Assembly: GCA_964459995.1 (NCBI GenBank)
Contig: CAYWOR010000006.1
Coordinates: forward strand, 12,005-76,004
Direction: 5' to 3'
Length of the DNA: 64,000 nucleotides
Source of the DNA: an uncultured bacterium
GTDB taxonomy: Bacteria > UBP14 > UBA6098
The notes under the pieces: model-generated
Seen by the model: only the letters and a program-made list of their open reading frames with translations
Database searches by the model: none
What the model was told of the DNA's origin: nothing
Part shown: in pieces, positions 8,667-17,606 of the stretch
Layout of the letters: each line of letters starts with the position of its first letter
Numbering within the stretch: position 1 is the first letter of the stretch
Program-made: the position numbers and the translations under genes

Positions 8667-9830
8667 CTAATTCTTTGAATTGTTGACTACTCCATAAAGA
8701 AGTTTTTCCGTCTTATCGACAATCGATTTCCACGAAAGGTTTTCTACGGCGAATTTGCGACCGGCACGCGACATTTCGGCGGAGATTTCCGGATTTTCGA
8801 TAATTTCAGAAACAGCATCGGCTATGCTCTTCGGATTGGCTCCAGCAGATGCCTTAAGCACACCTGCCGACTCGAAAGTTAAATATGTCCCCCAATTTGG
8901 CCCCACAATCGGAATTCCGCATGAAGAATAGGCTGAGAGTCTGACAGGCCATGTTCCCACGGCGGTTTCCTCGGTTGACCAAGCTAAAGCGACATCCAAC
9001 GCGGCGATATATTTTGCGCTTTCTTCGGTGGATACCGGCCCTCGGAAATGAATTTTATCGCGGACAGAGCTTGCTTTTGCTACTGCCATCAAATTCTCTT
9101 TTCCGGGGCCTCCGCCCACAAAAACAAGACCTATTTGCGGATACCGCTCAGCGAGAATTTCCATCGCCGGAATAACCGGACTATCGACATGATATGGTAA
9201 AATACTCCCTACTGCACCCAATAAAGGCTTGAAAAGTGATAGCTCGATCTTTTCGCGAAGGACATCTTTATTCTCGACCGGGCAGAATATTTCGGTGTCC
9301 ACTCCGTTAGGGTGAAACACAAATTTCTCGCGGTCGCCAGTCATTGGCGCGTATTCTTCGATAAGCCCCGGTGCTACACAAATTACCCTATCGGCCAATT
9401 TTAACCGTTTTTTCACCGAAAAATGCAAGTCGAGACTGTTCCACAACTTGTATCTCGATTTTTCACTCGATACCGATTTCTCAGCCTTCAGGCTTCCATT
9501 CATTTCGAGCACGAAGGGGATATTCGCTCTGACAGTATTTCTGGCGATCGAGGCAGAATTATAAAAATCCCTTTCATATACTACATCTAATTCACCAGCA
9601 TTGTCATAGAGCCACTTTGCCACTTTTCGCGCCCACAATATCGATATCATCGGTTTTTGAGCGATTTCGACCACTCGAACATTTCGATGTTCGATTCCAC
9701 CGAAACCTGCTGGAACAACCAATGTTATCTTGTGGCCAAGATCCGCCAAACCCTCAACTATTGCGCTGACGTGGATTTTCGGCGCACCCTGTCTCTTGAG
9801 GTCGGTATATGCCAGATAGGCTATTCTCAA
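8667..9830 (-). CDS. Glycosyltransferase, GT-B fold (family 4/1-like)
   Basis: N-terminus MRIAYLAYTD...GAPKIHVSAIVEGLADLGHKITLVV is typical of GT4. A TTG start overlaps the pyrB stop (TTGA). 387 aa. Confidence 0.7.
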   Translation of the reverse strand: MRIAYLAYTDLKRQGAPKIHVSAIVEGLADLGHKITLVVPAGFGGIEHRNVRVVEIAQKPMISILWARKVAKWLYDNAGELDVVYERDFYNSASIARNTVRANIPFVLEMNGSLKAEKSVSSEKSRYKLWNSLDLHFSVKKRLKLADRVICVAPGLIEEYAPMTGDREKFVFHPNGVDTEIFCPVENKDVLREKIELSLFKPLLGAVGSILPYHVDSPVIPAMEILAERYPQIGLVFVGGGPGKENLMAVAKASSVRDKIHFRGPVSTEESAKYIAALDVALAWSTEETAVGTWPVRLSAYSSCGIPIVGPNWGTYLTFESAGVLKASAGANPKSIADAVSEIIENPEISAEMSRAGRKFAVENLSWKSIVDKTEKLLYGVVNNSKN

Positions 9831-10762
9831 GCCTCCACAGCCTCCCTACGAAGCGGAGACAGCAGGTAAAGCACTGCCATTCTCACCGCAACGCCGTTCG
9901 TTACCTGTTCCAAAATAACCGATTCATCTGAATCCGCGACATCCTGAGTTATCTCGACCCCCCTATTCATCGGGCCGGGGTGCATAATCATATGATCCGA
10001 ATCCATCAGCGCAACACGGTTCGAATCGATTCCCCACAATCTTGAATACTCACGAAGAGATGGAATATAACCCGAAGTCTGCCTTTCAAGCTGAAGCCGC
10101 ATGATGTTCACAACATTAGCGCCGGTAATCGCTTCCTCGATATCGTGGGTTATCTTAACACCCCAGTTTTCGACACCCTTTGGCAAAAGAGTCGCCGGCG
10201 CGCAAAGGGTTATTTCAGCGCCAAGAGCCTTTAAACCAAAAACATTGCTACGTATAACCCTACTGTGAAGCGCATCTCCGACGAGTGCAACCCTAAGTTC
10301 CTCGAGGTCGCCGAATTTCTCGCGAATAGTGAAAAGGTCGAGAAGAGCTTGTGTCGGATGCTCGTGTGAGCCATCGCCGGCGTTGATGACGATGGAATTA
10401 CACCTCCGCGCTATATAATGTGGTGCACCTGTCGCGCTGTGTCGAATTACTATCATGTCGATCTTCATCGCGAGGATGTTCTCGACGGTGTCGCGAAGGC
10501 TTTCGCCTTTTTTCAGGCTCGATGTCGATGCCGAGAAGTTGACAACATCGGCGCTGATTCGTTTTTCGGCAAGCTCGAAGGACATTCGCGTCCGTGTCGA
10601 AGGCTCGAAGAAAAGATTTGCGACGGTTATTCCGCGAAGGGGCGGCACTTTTTTTATATCCCTGTCGAGAACCTCCCGAAAAGCTTTTGCGTGGTCGAGA
10701 ATTTCAAGAATTTCCTCGCCGCTGTAGCCTTCTAACCCCAAAAGATGTTTTCTGCTGTTCAT
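9827..10762 (-). CDS. pyrB: Aspartate carbamoyltransferase catalytic subunit
   Basis: FFEPSTRTRMSFE, HPTQALLD, MHPGPMNRGVEI. An AGGAG Shine-Dalgarno sequence lies 6 nt upstream of ATG 10762. Confidence 0.95.
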   Translation of the reverse strand: MNSRKHLLGLEGYSGEEILEILDHAKAFREVLDRDIKKVPPLRGITVANLFFEPSTRTRMSFELAEKRISADVVNFSASTSSLKKGESLRDTVENILAMKIDMIVIRHSATGAPHYIARRCNSIVINAGDGSHEHPTQALLDLFTIREKFGDLEELRVALVGDALHSRVIRSNVFGLKALGAEITLCAPATLLPKGVENWGVKITHDIEEAITGANVVNIMRLQLERQTSGYIPSLREYSRLWGIDSNRVALMDSDHMIMHPGPMNRGVEITQDVADSDESVILEQVTNGVAVRMAVLYLLSPLRREAVEA

Positions 10763-10771
10763 ATGGCTCCT

Positions 10772-10795
10772 AAAAAAAAGGGGCTAAAAAGCCCC
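10772..10795 (-). terminator. Short hairpin plus U8 tract between pyrR and pyrB (attenuator-like)
   Basis: The minus-strand RNA reads GGGGC-UUUUUA-GCCCC-UUUUUUUU. It starts directly after the pyrR stop (10797-10799) and ends at the pyrB Shine-Dalgarno sequence. Confidence 0.45.
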
Positions 10796-10796
10796 G

Positions 10797-11327
10797 TTAT
10801 TCCTTTATAACTTTGACTACTCGATCTTCTCCGTCAATCTCGTTTATGCGAACCTCGACATATTCTGATTCTTTCAGGCTTATCTGTTTTGCGATGTAAT
10901 CCGCGCAGATAGGGTATTCGCGGTTGCCCCTATCGACTACGACCGCCAGTTGGATAGTCTTCGGCCTGCCAAAATCTATTATCTCATCCAGAGCCGCGCG
11001 GACAGTTCGTCCGGTGTATAGCACATCGTCCACAAGGATGACATCTTTGTCTTCGACATCGAAGAGAATCTCCGTGCCGCCGACATTCGGAGAAGCTGTA
11101 AGTTCCTTAAAATCATCGCGGTAAAGAGTAATATCGATGCTTCCCATTGGAATTTCGACCTTCTCGTTCACTTCGATAGTCGCTTTAAGCCTTTCCGCGA
11201 GAAAAACACCCCTGCTCCGAATCCCGATAATGACGAGGTTTGCCGCGCCCTTATTGCGTTCGACAATTTCCAATGCCATGCGTTGAAGGCTTCGGTCGAG
11301 CTGAGTTTTGTCCATAAGTTCGATCAT
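10797..11327 (-). CDS. pyrR: Bifunctional pyr operon regulator / uracil phosphoribosyltransferase
   Basis: RSLQRMALEIVERNKG and the PRTase motif VILVDDVLYTGRTVRAAL. ATG 11327 (MIELMDK...) is preceded by GGAGG. The track start at 11405 adds 26 implausible residues. Confidence 0.9.
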   Translation of the reverse strand: MIELMDKTQLDRSLQRMALEIVERNKGAANLVIIGIRSRGVFLAERLKATIEVNEKVEIPMGSIDITLYRDDFKELTASPNVGGTEILFDVEDKDVILVDDVLYTGRTVRAALDEIIDFGRPKTIQLAVVVDRGNREYPICADYIAKQISLKESEYVEVRINEIDGEDRVVKVIKE

Positions 11328-11431
11328 AATGACCTCCATAAAAAAAGTCGCGAATAAGATAAATCCGCTTTTGTGATTGTCAATATCAAAGCTCCATTTG
11401 AGCAAAAGGCCATCTATAGAGCATTAGCATG

Positions 11432-11474
11432 AAAAAAAGACCGGAAACCCGCCGGAATTGACGAGTTTCCGTCT
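11432..11474 (-). terminator. Rho-independent terminator after tal, upstream of pyrR
   Basis: The minus-strand RNA reads AGACGGAAAC...GUUUCCGGUCU (10-bp stem with one bulge) followed by UUUUUUU. There is also a U-run on the plus strand, so it looks bidirectional. Confidence 0.6.
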
Positions 11475-11509
11475 GTTTTTACGCCGATCCCTCTTATCTT
11501 GGGAACCGG

Positions 11510-12589
11510 CTAATCAATTTTACTCTCGATGCTCTTTATCAACGAATCGAATGAGGCTGTGAATTTCGCCACACCATCCGACAAGAGCTTGTTAGTTACC
11601 GCATTAAGGTCGATTCCGAAGGCGTCGAGTTTGTCGAGCCGACTAAGGTCCTTTTCAAGTTCCTTTTCGATTGTCAATTCGGCAATGCCGTGGTCTTCGA
11701 AGGCGTCGATGGTTTCCGGAGGCATAGTATTTACAGTATGCGCACCGATTAGCTTATCGACATAGATTGTATCGGAATAATCGGGGTTCTTCGTGCTTGT
11801 GCTCGCCCAAAGTAACCGCTGAACACCTGCGCCCTTTGCCGCTAATTTTTCCCATCTCTCGCCACGGAATATTCTCTTGGACTTCGAGTAGGCTAATTTC
11901 GCATTCGCAACCGCGGTCTTTCCGAGAAGGCTGTCGATTCCAAGTTCCTTGAGGTTTTTATCGACTGCGCTGTCGATTCGGCTCACAAAAAATGACGCCA
12001 CCGAAGCAACTTTCGAAATATCACCCCCCGAAGCCTCAAAACGTTCCAACCCTTTAATATAAGCATCTGCGATATATTCATAATACAACACCGAGAAGAT
12101 AAGGGTAACATTGACATTGACACCACTAGCGACAAGTTCCTCGATGGCTGAAATACCCTCGACCGTTCCCGGCACTTTGAATAATACATTTGGACGGTGG
12201 ATAAGGCCGTGCAGACGCCTAATTTCTTCGATTGTGCCCTCGGTATCGAATGCGAGATGGGGGTTGGCTTCGAGGCTAACATAGCCATCAATCCCCTTCG
12301 AAGTGTTGTAAACCGGAAGGAGAATATCTGCGGCGTCGCAGATGTCCTTCACCGCGAGCTTCTCGTAAACCTCGAAGGCAGAGTCACCTTCGCGAGCTAA
12401 TCTATTAATTTCGCTATCATAAATTCCGCTTCGTGCAATAGCTTTCTCAAATATAGTCGGATTCGAAGTTAGGCCGGAAATACCGCGCTCGATATATTTC
12501 TTCAATTCGCCATTTTCGATGATTTCCCTGCTGATGAAATCCAGCCAGACAGATTGACCCAACTCATTGAGTTTGTGGAGTCCCGCCAT
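11510..12589 (-). CDS. tal: Transaldolase (long form)
   Basis: MAGLHKLNELGQSVWLDFISR..., NVLFKVPGT (active-site Lys region). ATG 12589 has an AGGAGAA Shine-Dalgarno sequence and lies 1 nt after the tkt stop. The track start at 12682 overlaps tkt. Confidence 0.9.
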   Translation of the reverse strand: MAGLHKLNELGQSVWLDFISREIIENGELKKYIERGISGLTSNPTIFEKAIARSGIYDSEINRLAREGDSAFEVYEKLAVKDICDAADILLPVYNTSKGIDGYVSLEANPHLAFDTEGTIEEIRRLHGLIHRPNVLFKVPGTVEGISAIEELVASGVNVNVTLIFSVLYYEYIADAYIKGLERFEASGGDISKVASVASFFVSRIDSAVDKNLKELGIDSLLGKTAVANAKLAYSKSKRIFRGERWEKLAAKGAGVQRLLWASTSTKNPDYSDTIYVDKLIGAHTVNTMPPETIDAFEDHGIAELTIEKELEKDLSRLDKLDAFGIDLNAVTNKLLSDGVAKFTASFDSLIKSIESKID

Positions 12590-12590
12590 C

Positions 12591-14657
12591 TCATTCTCCT
12601 TTTTGGATAATACACGACACCGCCAAATAAACTTCCTGCGCGGTGATACCGAATTTCTCGAATAATTGACCTCCCGGAGCACTCGCCCCGAAGCTGTCCA
12701 TACCTATAATAATGCCGTCCAAACCGACATATTTTTCCCATCCAGCGCTATTTCCGGCTTCCACCGCAACACGCTTCTTTACTTCGGAGGGTAAAACCAT
12801 TTCACGATACTCCGTGTCCTGTTGGTCGAAAAGTCTCCAGCAGGGCATAGAGACGACCCGAACATTCACTCCCTCAGATGCGATTTTTTCTGCGGCTTCC
12901 ATCGTGATTGCCACCTCGGAACCGGTTGCGATGATTATCGCAGTGGGCATGCCATCGCCTGACTGCCAAAGAACATAGCCCCCATTAGCCAAACCCTCTG
13001 CAGTAAGGCATTTGTCGCGGTCGATTATCGGCAGATTCTGCCGGCTTAAAACCAGTGCCGTGGGGGTTTCCCTTTCCGAAAGGGCGACTCTCCATGCTTC
13101 GATAACCTCGTTGGCGTCCGCAGGTCTTATCACATTAAGATTAGGCACCGCACGAAGAGACATGAGCTGTTCTACCGGCTGATGTGTCGGGCCGTCCTCG
13201 CCCACCCCGATACTGTCATGGCTGAAAACGAAAATTACACGAAGCCTCGAGAGTGCGGCGAGACGAATTGCCGGACGCATATAATCGCTAAATATAAAAA
13301 AGGTTCCGGTAAATGGAATGAAACCGCCATGAAGCGCCATCCCAACGGCTATAGCCCCCATGGCATGTTCACGGACACCGAAATGCAGATTACGTCCTGT
13401 ATAATCCCATTGTCCGCCGATCTCGCCCTGAACATTTTCCGGTTTTATATCCGGCGGCTGGAAATCTCCCTTTCCCTTGAGCCATGCGAAGGTCGAGGGA
13501 TTTAGATCCGCACAACCGCCGAAAAGATCGGGAAGTCTTTCGCCAAGATACTGCATAACCTTTTCCGAAGCCACGCGAGTGGCAATTTTACCCTCATCCA
13601 TATCGAACATCGGAATATCGTCGAACAAATCCTGAGGAACATCGCCGCAAAATCTGCTTTCAATTTCTCCCGCTTGTATTGGAAATTCACACGAATAGGC
13701 ATCGAAACAACGTTTCCAATCAGCGAACGCCTTTGCGCCATTCACTGCGAAGTCCGCCATATGTTTACGCACTTCTTCAGGGACAATGAAAGGTTCATCA
13801 AATTCCCATCCGAGCGCTTTTTTTGCCGCAATAAGCTCTTCCTCTCCCAGTGGTGCACCGTGGGAATGATAAGTTCCTGCTTTTTTGGGCGAACCATATC
13901 CTATGATTGTTTTCACGCGAATAAGTGTCGGTTTCGATTTTTCGATCTTTGCCGCGACAATCGCATCGTCGATGGCGTCGATATCGTTGCCGTCGGCAAC
14001 TGAGATAACCTGCCATCCCGCGGCCTCGAAACGAGATGTGATATTCTCGGTAAAAGTTAGCGAGGTTGTTCCAGCGAGCGAAATACCGTTGTCGTCGTAA
14101 AGAACAATTAATTTCCCGAGTTTCAAATGGCCGGCTAGCGAGGCGGCCTCATAGGAAATGCCCTCCATCAGATCGCCGTCGCCGGCGAGGACATAGGTGT
14201 AATGGTTGATAACCTCTTTGCCGTTTCGATTATAAACCGCCGCGAGGTGTGCTTCGGCGACAGCCATTCCAACAGCATTCGCGAAACCCTGACCAAGCGG
14301 GCCGGTGGTTGCTTCGACCTCGGGAGTCATAAAGTTCTCGGGATGGCCGGGGGTTTTGCTTCCCATCTGCCGGAATTGCTTCAAGTCTTCGATAGAAATT
14401 CCGGAACCGGTAAGATGGAGCATTGAATAAAGAAGTGCCGATCCGTGTCCCGCCGAAAGAACAAATCTATCTCGGTCTATCCATCTCGGATTTGCTGGAT
14501 CGAATTTGAGATGATTCATCCAAAGCACATAAGCCATCGGCGCGGCACCCATAGGTAACCCCGGATGTCCCGAACGCGCTCTCTGAATGCTATCTGCAGA
14601 AAGAAAGCGGATGGTATTAATCGACTCTTGCGCTAACCCATGCTTCTCGAAAGCCAT
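12591..14657 (-). CDS. tkt: Transketolase
   Basis: [55 protein letters not shown] (ThDP motif), [12 protein letters not shown]. 688 aa. Confidence 0.95.
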   Translation of the reverse strand: MAFEKHGLAQESINTIRFLSADSIQRARSGHPGLPMGAAPMAYVLWMNHLKFDPANPRWIDRDRFVLSAGHGSALLYSMLHLTGSGISIEDLKQFRQMGSKTPGHPENFMTPEVEATTGPLGQGFANAVGMAVAEAHLAAVYNRNGKEVINHYTYVLAGDGDLMEGISYEAASLAGHLKLGKLIVLYDDNGISLAGTTSLTFTENITSRFEAAGWQVISVADGNDIDAIDDAIVAAKIEKSKPTLIRVKTIIGYGSPKKAGTYHSHGAPLGEEELIAAKKALGWEFDEPFIVPEEVRKHMADFAVNGAKAFADWKRCFDAYSCEFPIQAGEIESRFCGDVPQDLFDDIPMFDMDEGKIATRVASEKVMQYLGERLPDLFGGCADLNPSTFAWLKGKGDFQPPDIKPENVQGEIGGQWDYTGRNLHFGVREHAMGAIAVGMALHGGFIPFTGTFFIFSDYMRPAIRLAALSRLRVIFVFSHDSIGVGEDGPTHQPVEQLMSLRAVPNLNVIRPADANEVIEAWRVALSERETPTALVLSRQNLPIIDRDKCLTAEGLANGGYVLWQSGDGMPTAIIIATGSEVAITMEAAEKIASEGVNVRVVSMPCWRLFDQQDTEYREMVLPSEVKKRVAVEAGNSAGWEKYVGLDGIIIGMDSFGASAPGGQLFEKFGITAQEVYLAVSCIIQKGE

Positions 14658-14691
14658 GATAACTCCAAATTAAGAAACGAAACAGCTTGAT

Positions 14692-14720
14692 ATAATAAGA
14701 CTCCGAATCAATGCCGTCAA
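14692..14720 (-). promoter_or_regulatory. Sigma70-like promoter TTGACG-17 nt-TATTAT for tkt
   Basis: On the minus strand, TTGACG lies at 14720-14715, the spacer at 14714-14698, and TATTAT at 14697-14692. The leader is about 30 nt and contains TGGAG before ATG 14657. Confidence 0.4.
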
Positions 14721-14776
14721 GTTTCAAATGAATTGTTTTCGATAAATAACATAACAAATTTTGCTGAGTTAATGGC

Positions 14777-14805
14777 TTGACAATTGGCCTTAGACGCTAT
14801 AGAAT
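14777..14805 (+). promoter_or_regulatory. Sigma70-like promoter TTGACA-17 nt-TAGAAT, 8 nt before the DUF192 ATG
   Basis: TTGACA at 14777-14782, spacer at 14783-14799, TAGAAT at 14800-14805, then tataaatt and ATG 14814. No Shine-Dalgarno sequence. Confidence 0.4.
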
Positions 14806-14813
14806 TATAAATT

Positions 14814-15311
14814 ATGCGGATTTCAATATTGATACTTATCTTGGTTTTCCTCACTATCTCGGCATGCAAAAACACCCCCGAGATAATAGAGCCGAAAACC
14901 GAAAACCCCCAGGCACAGGAATCTTCGGGGGTCGAAGAACAGAATGTCTATGAACCGAAGCTTCCAACAAAGGTTGTCGATATCGCCGGCCACCGTCTTC
15001 GTGTGGAAATCGCGGATAATCCCCAATCGCGAAGCCGGGGATTGATGTTCCGCAATTACCTTCCCGACTCGGTTGGAATGTTGTTCATTTTCGATGAAGT
15101 CGGACAACATCCTTTCTGGATGAAAAATACCTTTATTCCGCTTTCCATCGCCTTTATCGGCGAAGATTCGATAATCACCGACATCAAATGGATGAAACCC
15201 CACGATACGAATAGTTATTACCCTTCTAAGCCCATTAAATACACCATCGAGGTTAACCGTGGCTGGTTTATGAAGCGCGATATCAAACCGGGAATGAAAG
15301 TGAATTTGTAA
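14814..15311 (+). CDS. DUF192 (COG1430) domain lipoprotein
   Basis: Signal peptide with LTISAC lipobox. RSRGLMFRNYLPDSVGMLFIFDEVGQHPFWMKNTFIPLSIAFI matches the DUF192 pattern. Confidence 0.8.
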   Translation: MRISILILILVFLTISACKNTPEIIEPKTENPQAQESSGVEEQNVYEPKLPTKVVDIAGHRLRVEIADNPQSRSRGLMFRNYLPDSVGMLFIFDEVGQHPFWMKNTFIPLSIAFIGEDSIITDIKWMKPHDTNSYYPSKPIKYTIEVNRGWFMKRDIKPGMKVNL

Positions 15312-15323
15312 ACGGAGGAAAAA

Positions 15324-15629
15324 TTGCGTATTGAACAGCATCCGATATTAGAATTTAAGCGCGGAAAACAAGTTAAATTTATCTTCGAAGGCTCTGAAAT
15401 GAGTGGTTTCGAGGGCGAGCCGATCGCCGCGGCCTTACATGACCATGGCGTATATGTCCTTCGCTATTCGATACGGCACAAACGTCCTCACGGTTTTTTC
15501 TGTGCGATTGGCCATTGTAGCAGTTGCCTAATGGAGGTTGACGGCAGACCGAATGTCCGCGTATGTGTCGAACCACTTCGCGAGGGAATGGTAGTCCGGC
15601 GCCAGCGTGGGAAAGGGGAACTTCTGTGA
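15324..15629 (+). CDS. (2Fe-2S)-binding protein, sarcosine oxidase alpha N-terminal / HcnA-like
   Basis: Cys cluster in FFCAIGHCSSCLMEVDGRPNVRVC. A TTG start lies 5 nt after GGAGG. Confidence 0.8.
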   Translation: MRIEQHPILEFKRGKQVKFIFEGSEMSGFEGEPIAAALHDHGVYVLRYSIRHKRPHGFFCAIGHCSSCLMEVDGRPNVRVCVEPLREGMVVRRQRGKGELL

Positions 15630-16726
15630 ACCGCCCCGAAGTTCTGATAATCGGGGGTGGGCCGGCAGGCTTGGCCGCAGCGAGAGAATCTGTGCTTGCT
15701 GGTTGTGATACTGTGCTTATCGACGACGCACTCGAACTGGGCGGCCAGCTCGTCAAACAGACACATAAATTTTTCGGCTCGGAAATGGAATATGCTGGCG
15801 TTCGCGGAATTTGGATTCCAACAAAACTTCTCGAATCGATAAGCGGCGCGCCGAATTTTAAGTTTATGCTTCGCACAACCGCCACAGGATATTACGAAGA
15901 TGGTGTCGTAACAGCGGTCGAACAGGACAAAAAGCTCGTAAAATTCAAACCGGAGAAGATAATAGTCGCAACAGGCGCACAAGAAAAGACCATCCCCTTC
16001 CCAAATAACGACCTACCGGGAATCTACGGCGCTGGCGCAGTCCAAACTCTGATGAACGTTTATGGTGTCGCGCCGGGAAAGCGCGGTCTAATGGTCGGCG
16101 CGGGTAATATCGGTCTGATTGTTAGCTATCAGCTGAAACAGGCAGGAATAGATGTCGCCGCGGTGGTTGAAGGAATGGACAGAGTCGGCGGCTACTGGGT
16201 GCACGCCAGTAAAATAGCCCGGTTGGGAATTCCAATTCTCACAAGGCATACCATTATCGAAGCTATCGGCGAGAATTGCGTTACCGGCGCGGTTATCGCT
16301 CCTATCGACGATAAATGGCGCCCAATCACCGGCGCGGAAAGGCATATCGAATGCGATTTCATCTGCCTCGCGGTCGGGCTGACTCCACTCGCTGACTTTT
16401 TCCGGCTTGCGGAGTGCGAAATGGCATATATCCGAGAGCTTGGCGGTGAAGTTCCATTGCGCGATATAAACATGATGACCACGACAGAGGGAATTTATGT
16501 CGCTGGCGATGTCGGCGGAATAGAGGAGGCCTCGGCGGCGATGATCGAAGGCGCGATTGCCGGTTTATCCGCCGCAAAAGCCCTCGGGAAGAAAATCGAG
16601 GCTTATGAAACCAAAACTTGCGAATATCACGCGGAATTAGACCGTCTTAGAAGTGGGCCAGTTGGGGAACATATCCGTTGCGGCCTCGAACAATGCCGAT
16701 TCGAATGCAAAACGGGAGAGAACTAA
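15626..16726 (+). CDS. NAD(P)/FAD-dependent pyridine nucleotide-disulfide-type oxidoreductase (HcnB/OoxA-like)
   Basis: VLIIGGGPAGLAAA (first GxGxxG) and MVGAGNIGLIVSYQL (second Rossmann fold), then YVAGDVGG. The GTG start at 15626 overlaps the upstream stop (GTGA). The track start at 15563 lies inside the upstream gene. Confidence 0.85.
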   Translation: MNRPEVLIIGGGPAGLAAARESVLAGCDTVLIDDALELGGQLVKQTHKFFGSEMEYAGVRGIWIPTKLLESISGAPNFKFMLRTTATGYYEDGVVTAVEQDKKLVKFKPEKIIVATGAQEKTIPFPNNDLPGIYGAGAVQTLMNVYGVAPGKRGLMVGAGNIGLIVSYQLKQAGIDVAAVVEGMDRVGGYWVHASKIARLGIPILTRHTIIEAIGENCVTGAVIAPIDDKWRPITGAERHIECDFICLAVGLTPLADFFRLAECEMAYIRELGGEVPLRDINMMTTTEGIYVAGDVGGIEEASAAMIEGAIAGLSAAKALGKKIEAYETKTCEYHAELDRLRSGPVGEHIRCGLEQCRFECKTGEN

Positions 16727-17214
16727 TGGCATACGAAATCCAGAAACACGGGATTCCTGAAAAAGAGCTTATCGAAAGAACTTTTCCATCCGAAGAGCGC
16801 AGAAAAATCGGCCCCTACGCGGTTATCGAATGCTGGCAAAGAATCCCCTGCGACCCATGTGTGGCTTCGTGTCCCTTTGGGTGCATTGCCCAAATGGAGG
16901 ACATCAACGACCTTCCGGAACTCGATCAGGAGGCCTGCAACGGTTGTGGAAACTGCATCGCGCAATGCCCTGGACTTGCGATATTCGTCATCGATGAGAC
17001 ATGGAGCGATGACCGCGCGCTGATTCGCATCCCGCACGAATTCGCGCCTCTTCCTGAAAAGGGGCAAATTATAACAACACTCGACAGAGCGGGCAAATTC
17101 GCCGCAACTGCTGAAGTTATCCGCGTGGTTAAGACAAAGTCAGGAACTCCGGTTGTTCATATCGCGGTTCCGAAAGAACTTATTCGTGAGATTCGCGCAA
17201 TTAAACCATTGTAA
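16726..17214 (+). CDS. 4Fe-4S ferredoxin-domain protein
   Basis: CDPCVASCPFGC ... CNGCGNCIAQCP. ATG 16726 overlaps the upstream TAA (TAATG), with a GGGAGAG Shine-Dalgarno sequence. Confidence 0.75.
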   Translation: MAYEIQKHGIPEKELIERTFPSEERRKIGPYAVIECWQRIPCDPCVASCPFGCIAQMEDINDLPELDQEACNGCGNCIAQCPGLAIFVIDETWSDDRALIRIPHEFAPLPEKGQIITTLDRAGKFAATAEVIRVVKTKSGTPVVHIAVPKELIREIRAIKPL

Positions 17215-17227
17215 TTAGAGGGGAATA

Positions 17228-17563
17228 ATGGAAGAAACCCGAGTGCTCGAAATCAAATCCGTAAATGCTTGGACGGTGTTCAAATTAGCTCTGATAGCCT
17301 ATCTCGTCCTTGGGCTTTTAGTCGGCCTTTTGATGGGAGTCATCTTCGGAATTGCCGGCGGCGCGGCTTTCGGCTTGGAGGATAACAATCCTCTTAGCGC
17401 CCTCCTCGGCGCTGGTGGTGGATTTTTAGGTGGGCTATTATTAGGCATCCTCTACGGCCTTTTTGTGGGCGTCTCAGGAGGTATAGGCGCGGCGGTCGGT
17501 GCTCTGCTATACAATCTTTTCGCGGCGATTGTCGGCGGTGTGAAGATACGAGTTAAGCCCTAA
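17228..17563 (+). CDS. Small glycine-zipper membrane protein, unknown function
   Basis: A GAGGGG Shine-Dalgarno sequence precedes the ATG. The 111-aa product is almost entirely Gly/Ala/Leu TM segments (GIAGGAAFG, GAGGGFLGGLLLGILYGLFVGVSGGIGAAVGA). Confidence 0.6.
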   Translation: MEETRVLEIKSVNAWTVFKLALIAYLVLGLLVGLLMGVIFGIAGGAAFGLEDNNPLSALLGAGGGFLGGLLLGILYGLFVGVSGGIGAAVGALLYNLFAAIVGGVKIRVKP

Positions 17564-17606
17564 TTACTTTTTCACATGTAGATACCTGTTATACTCACTG
17601 AATAAT

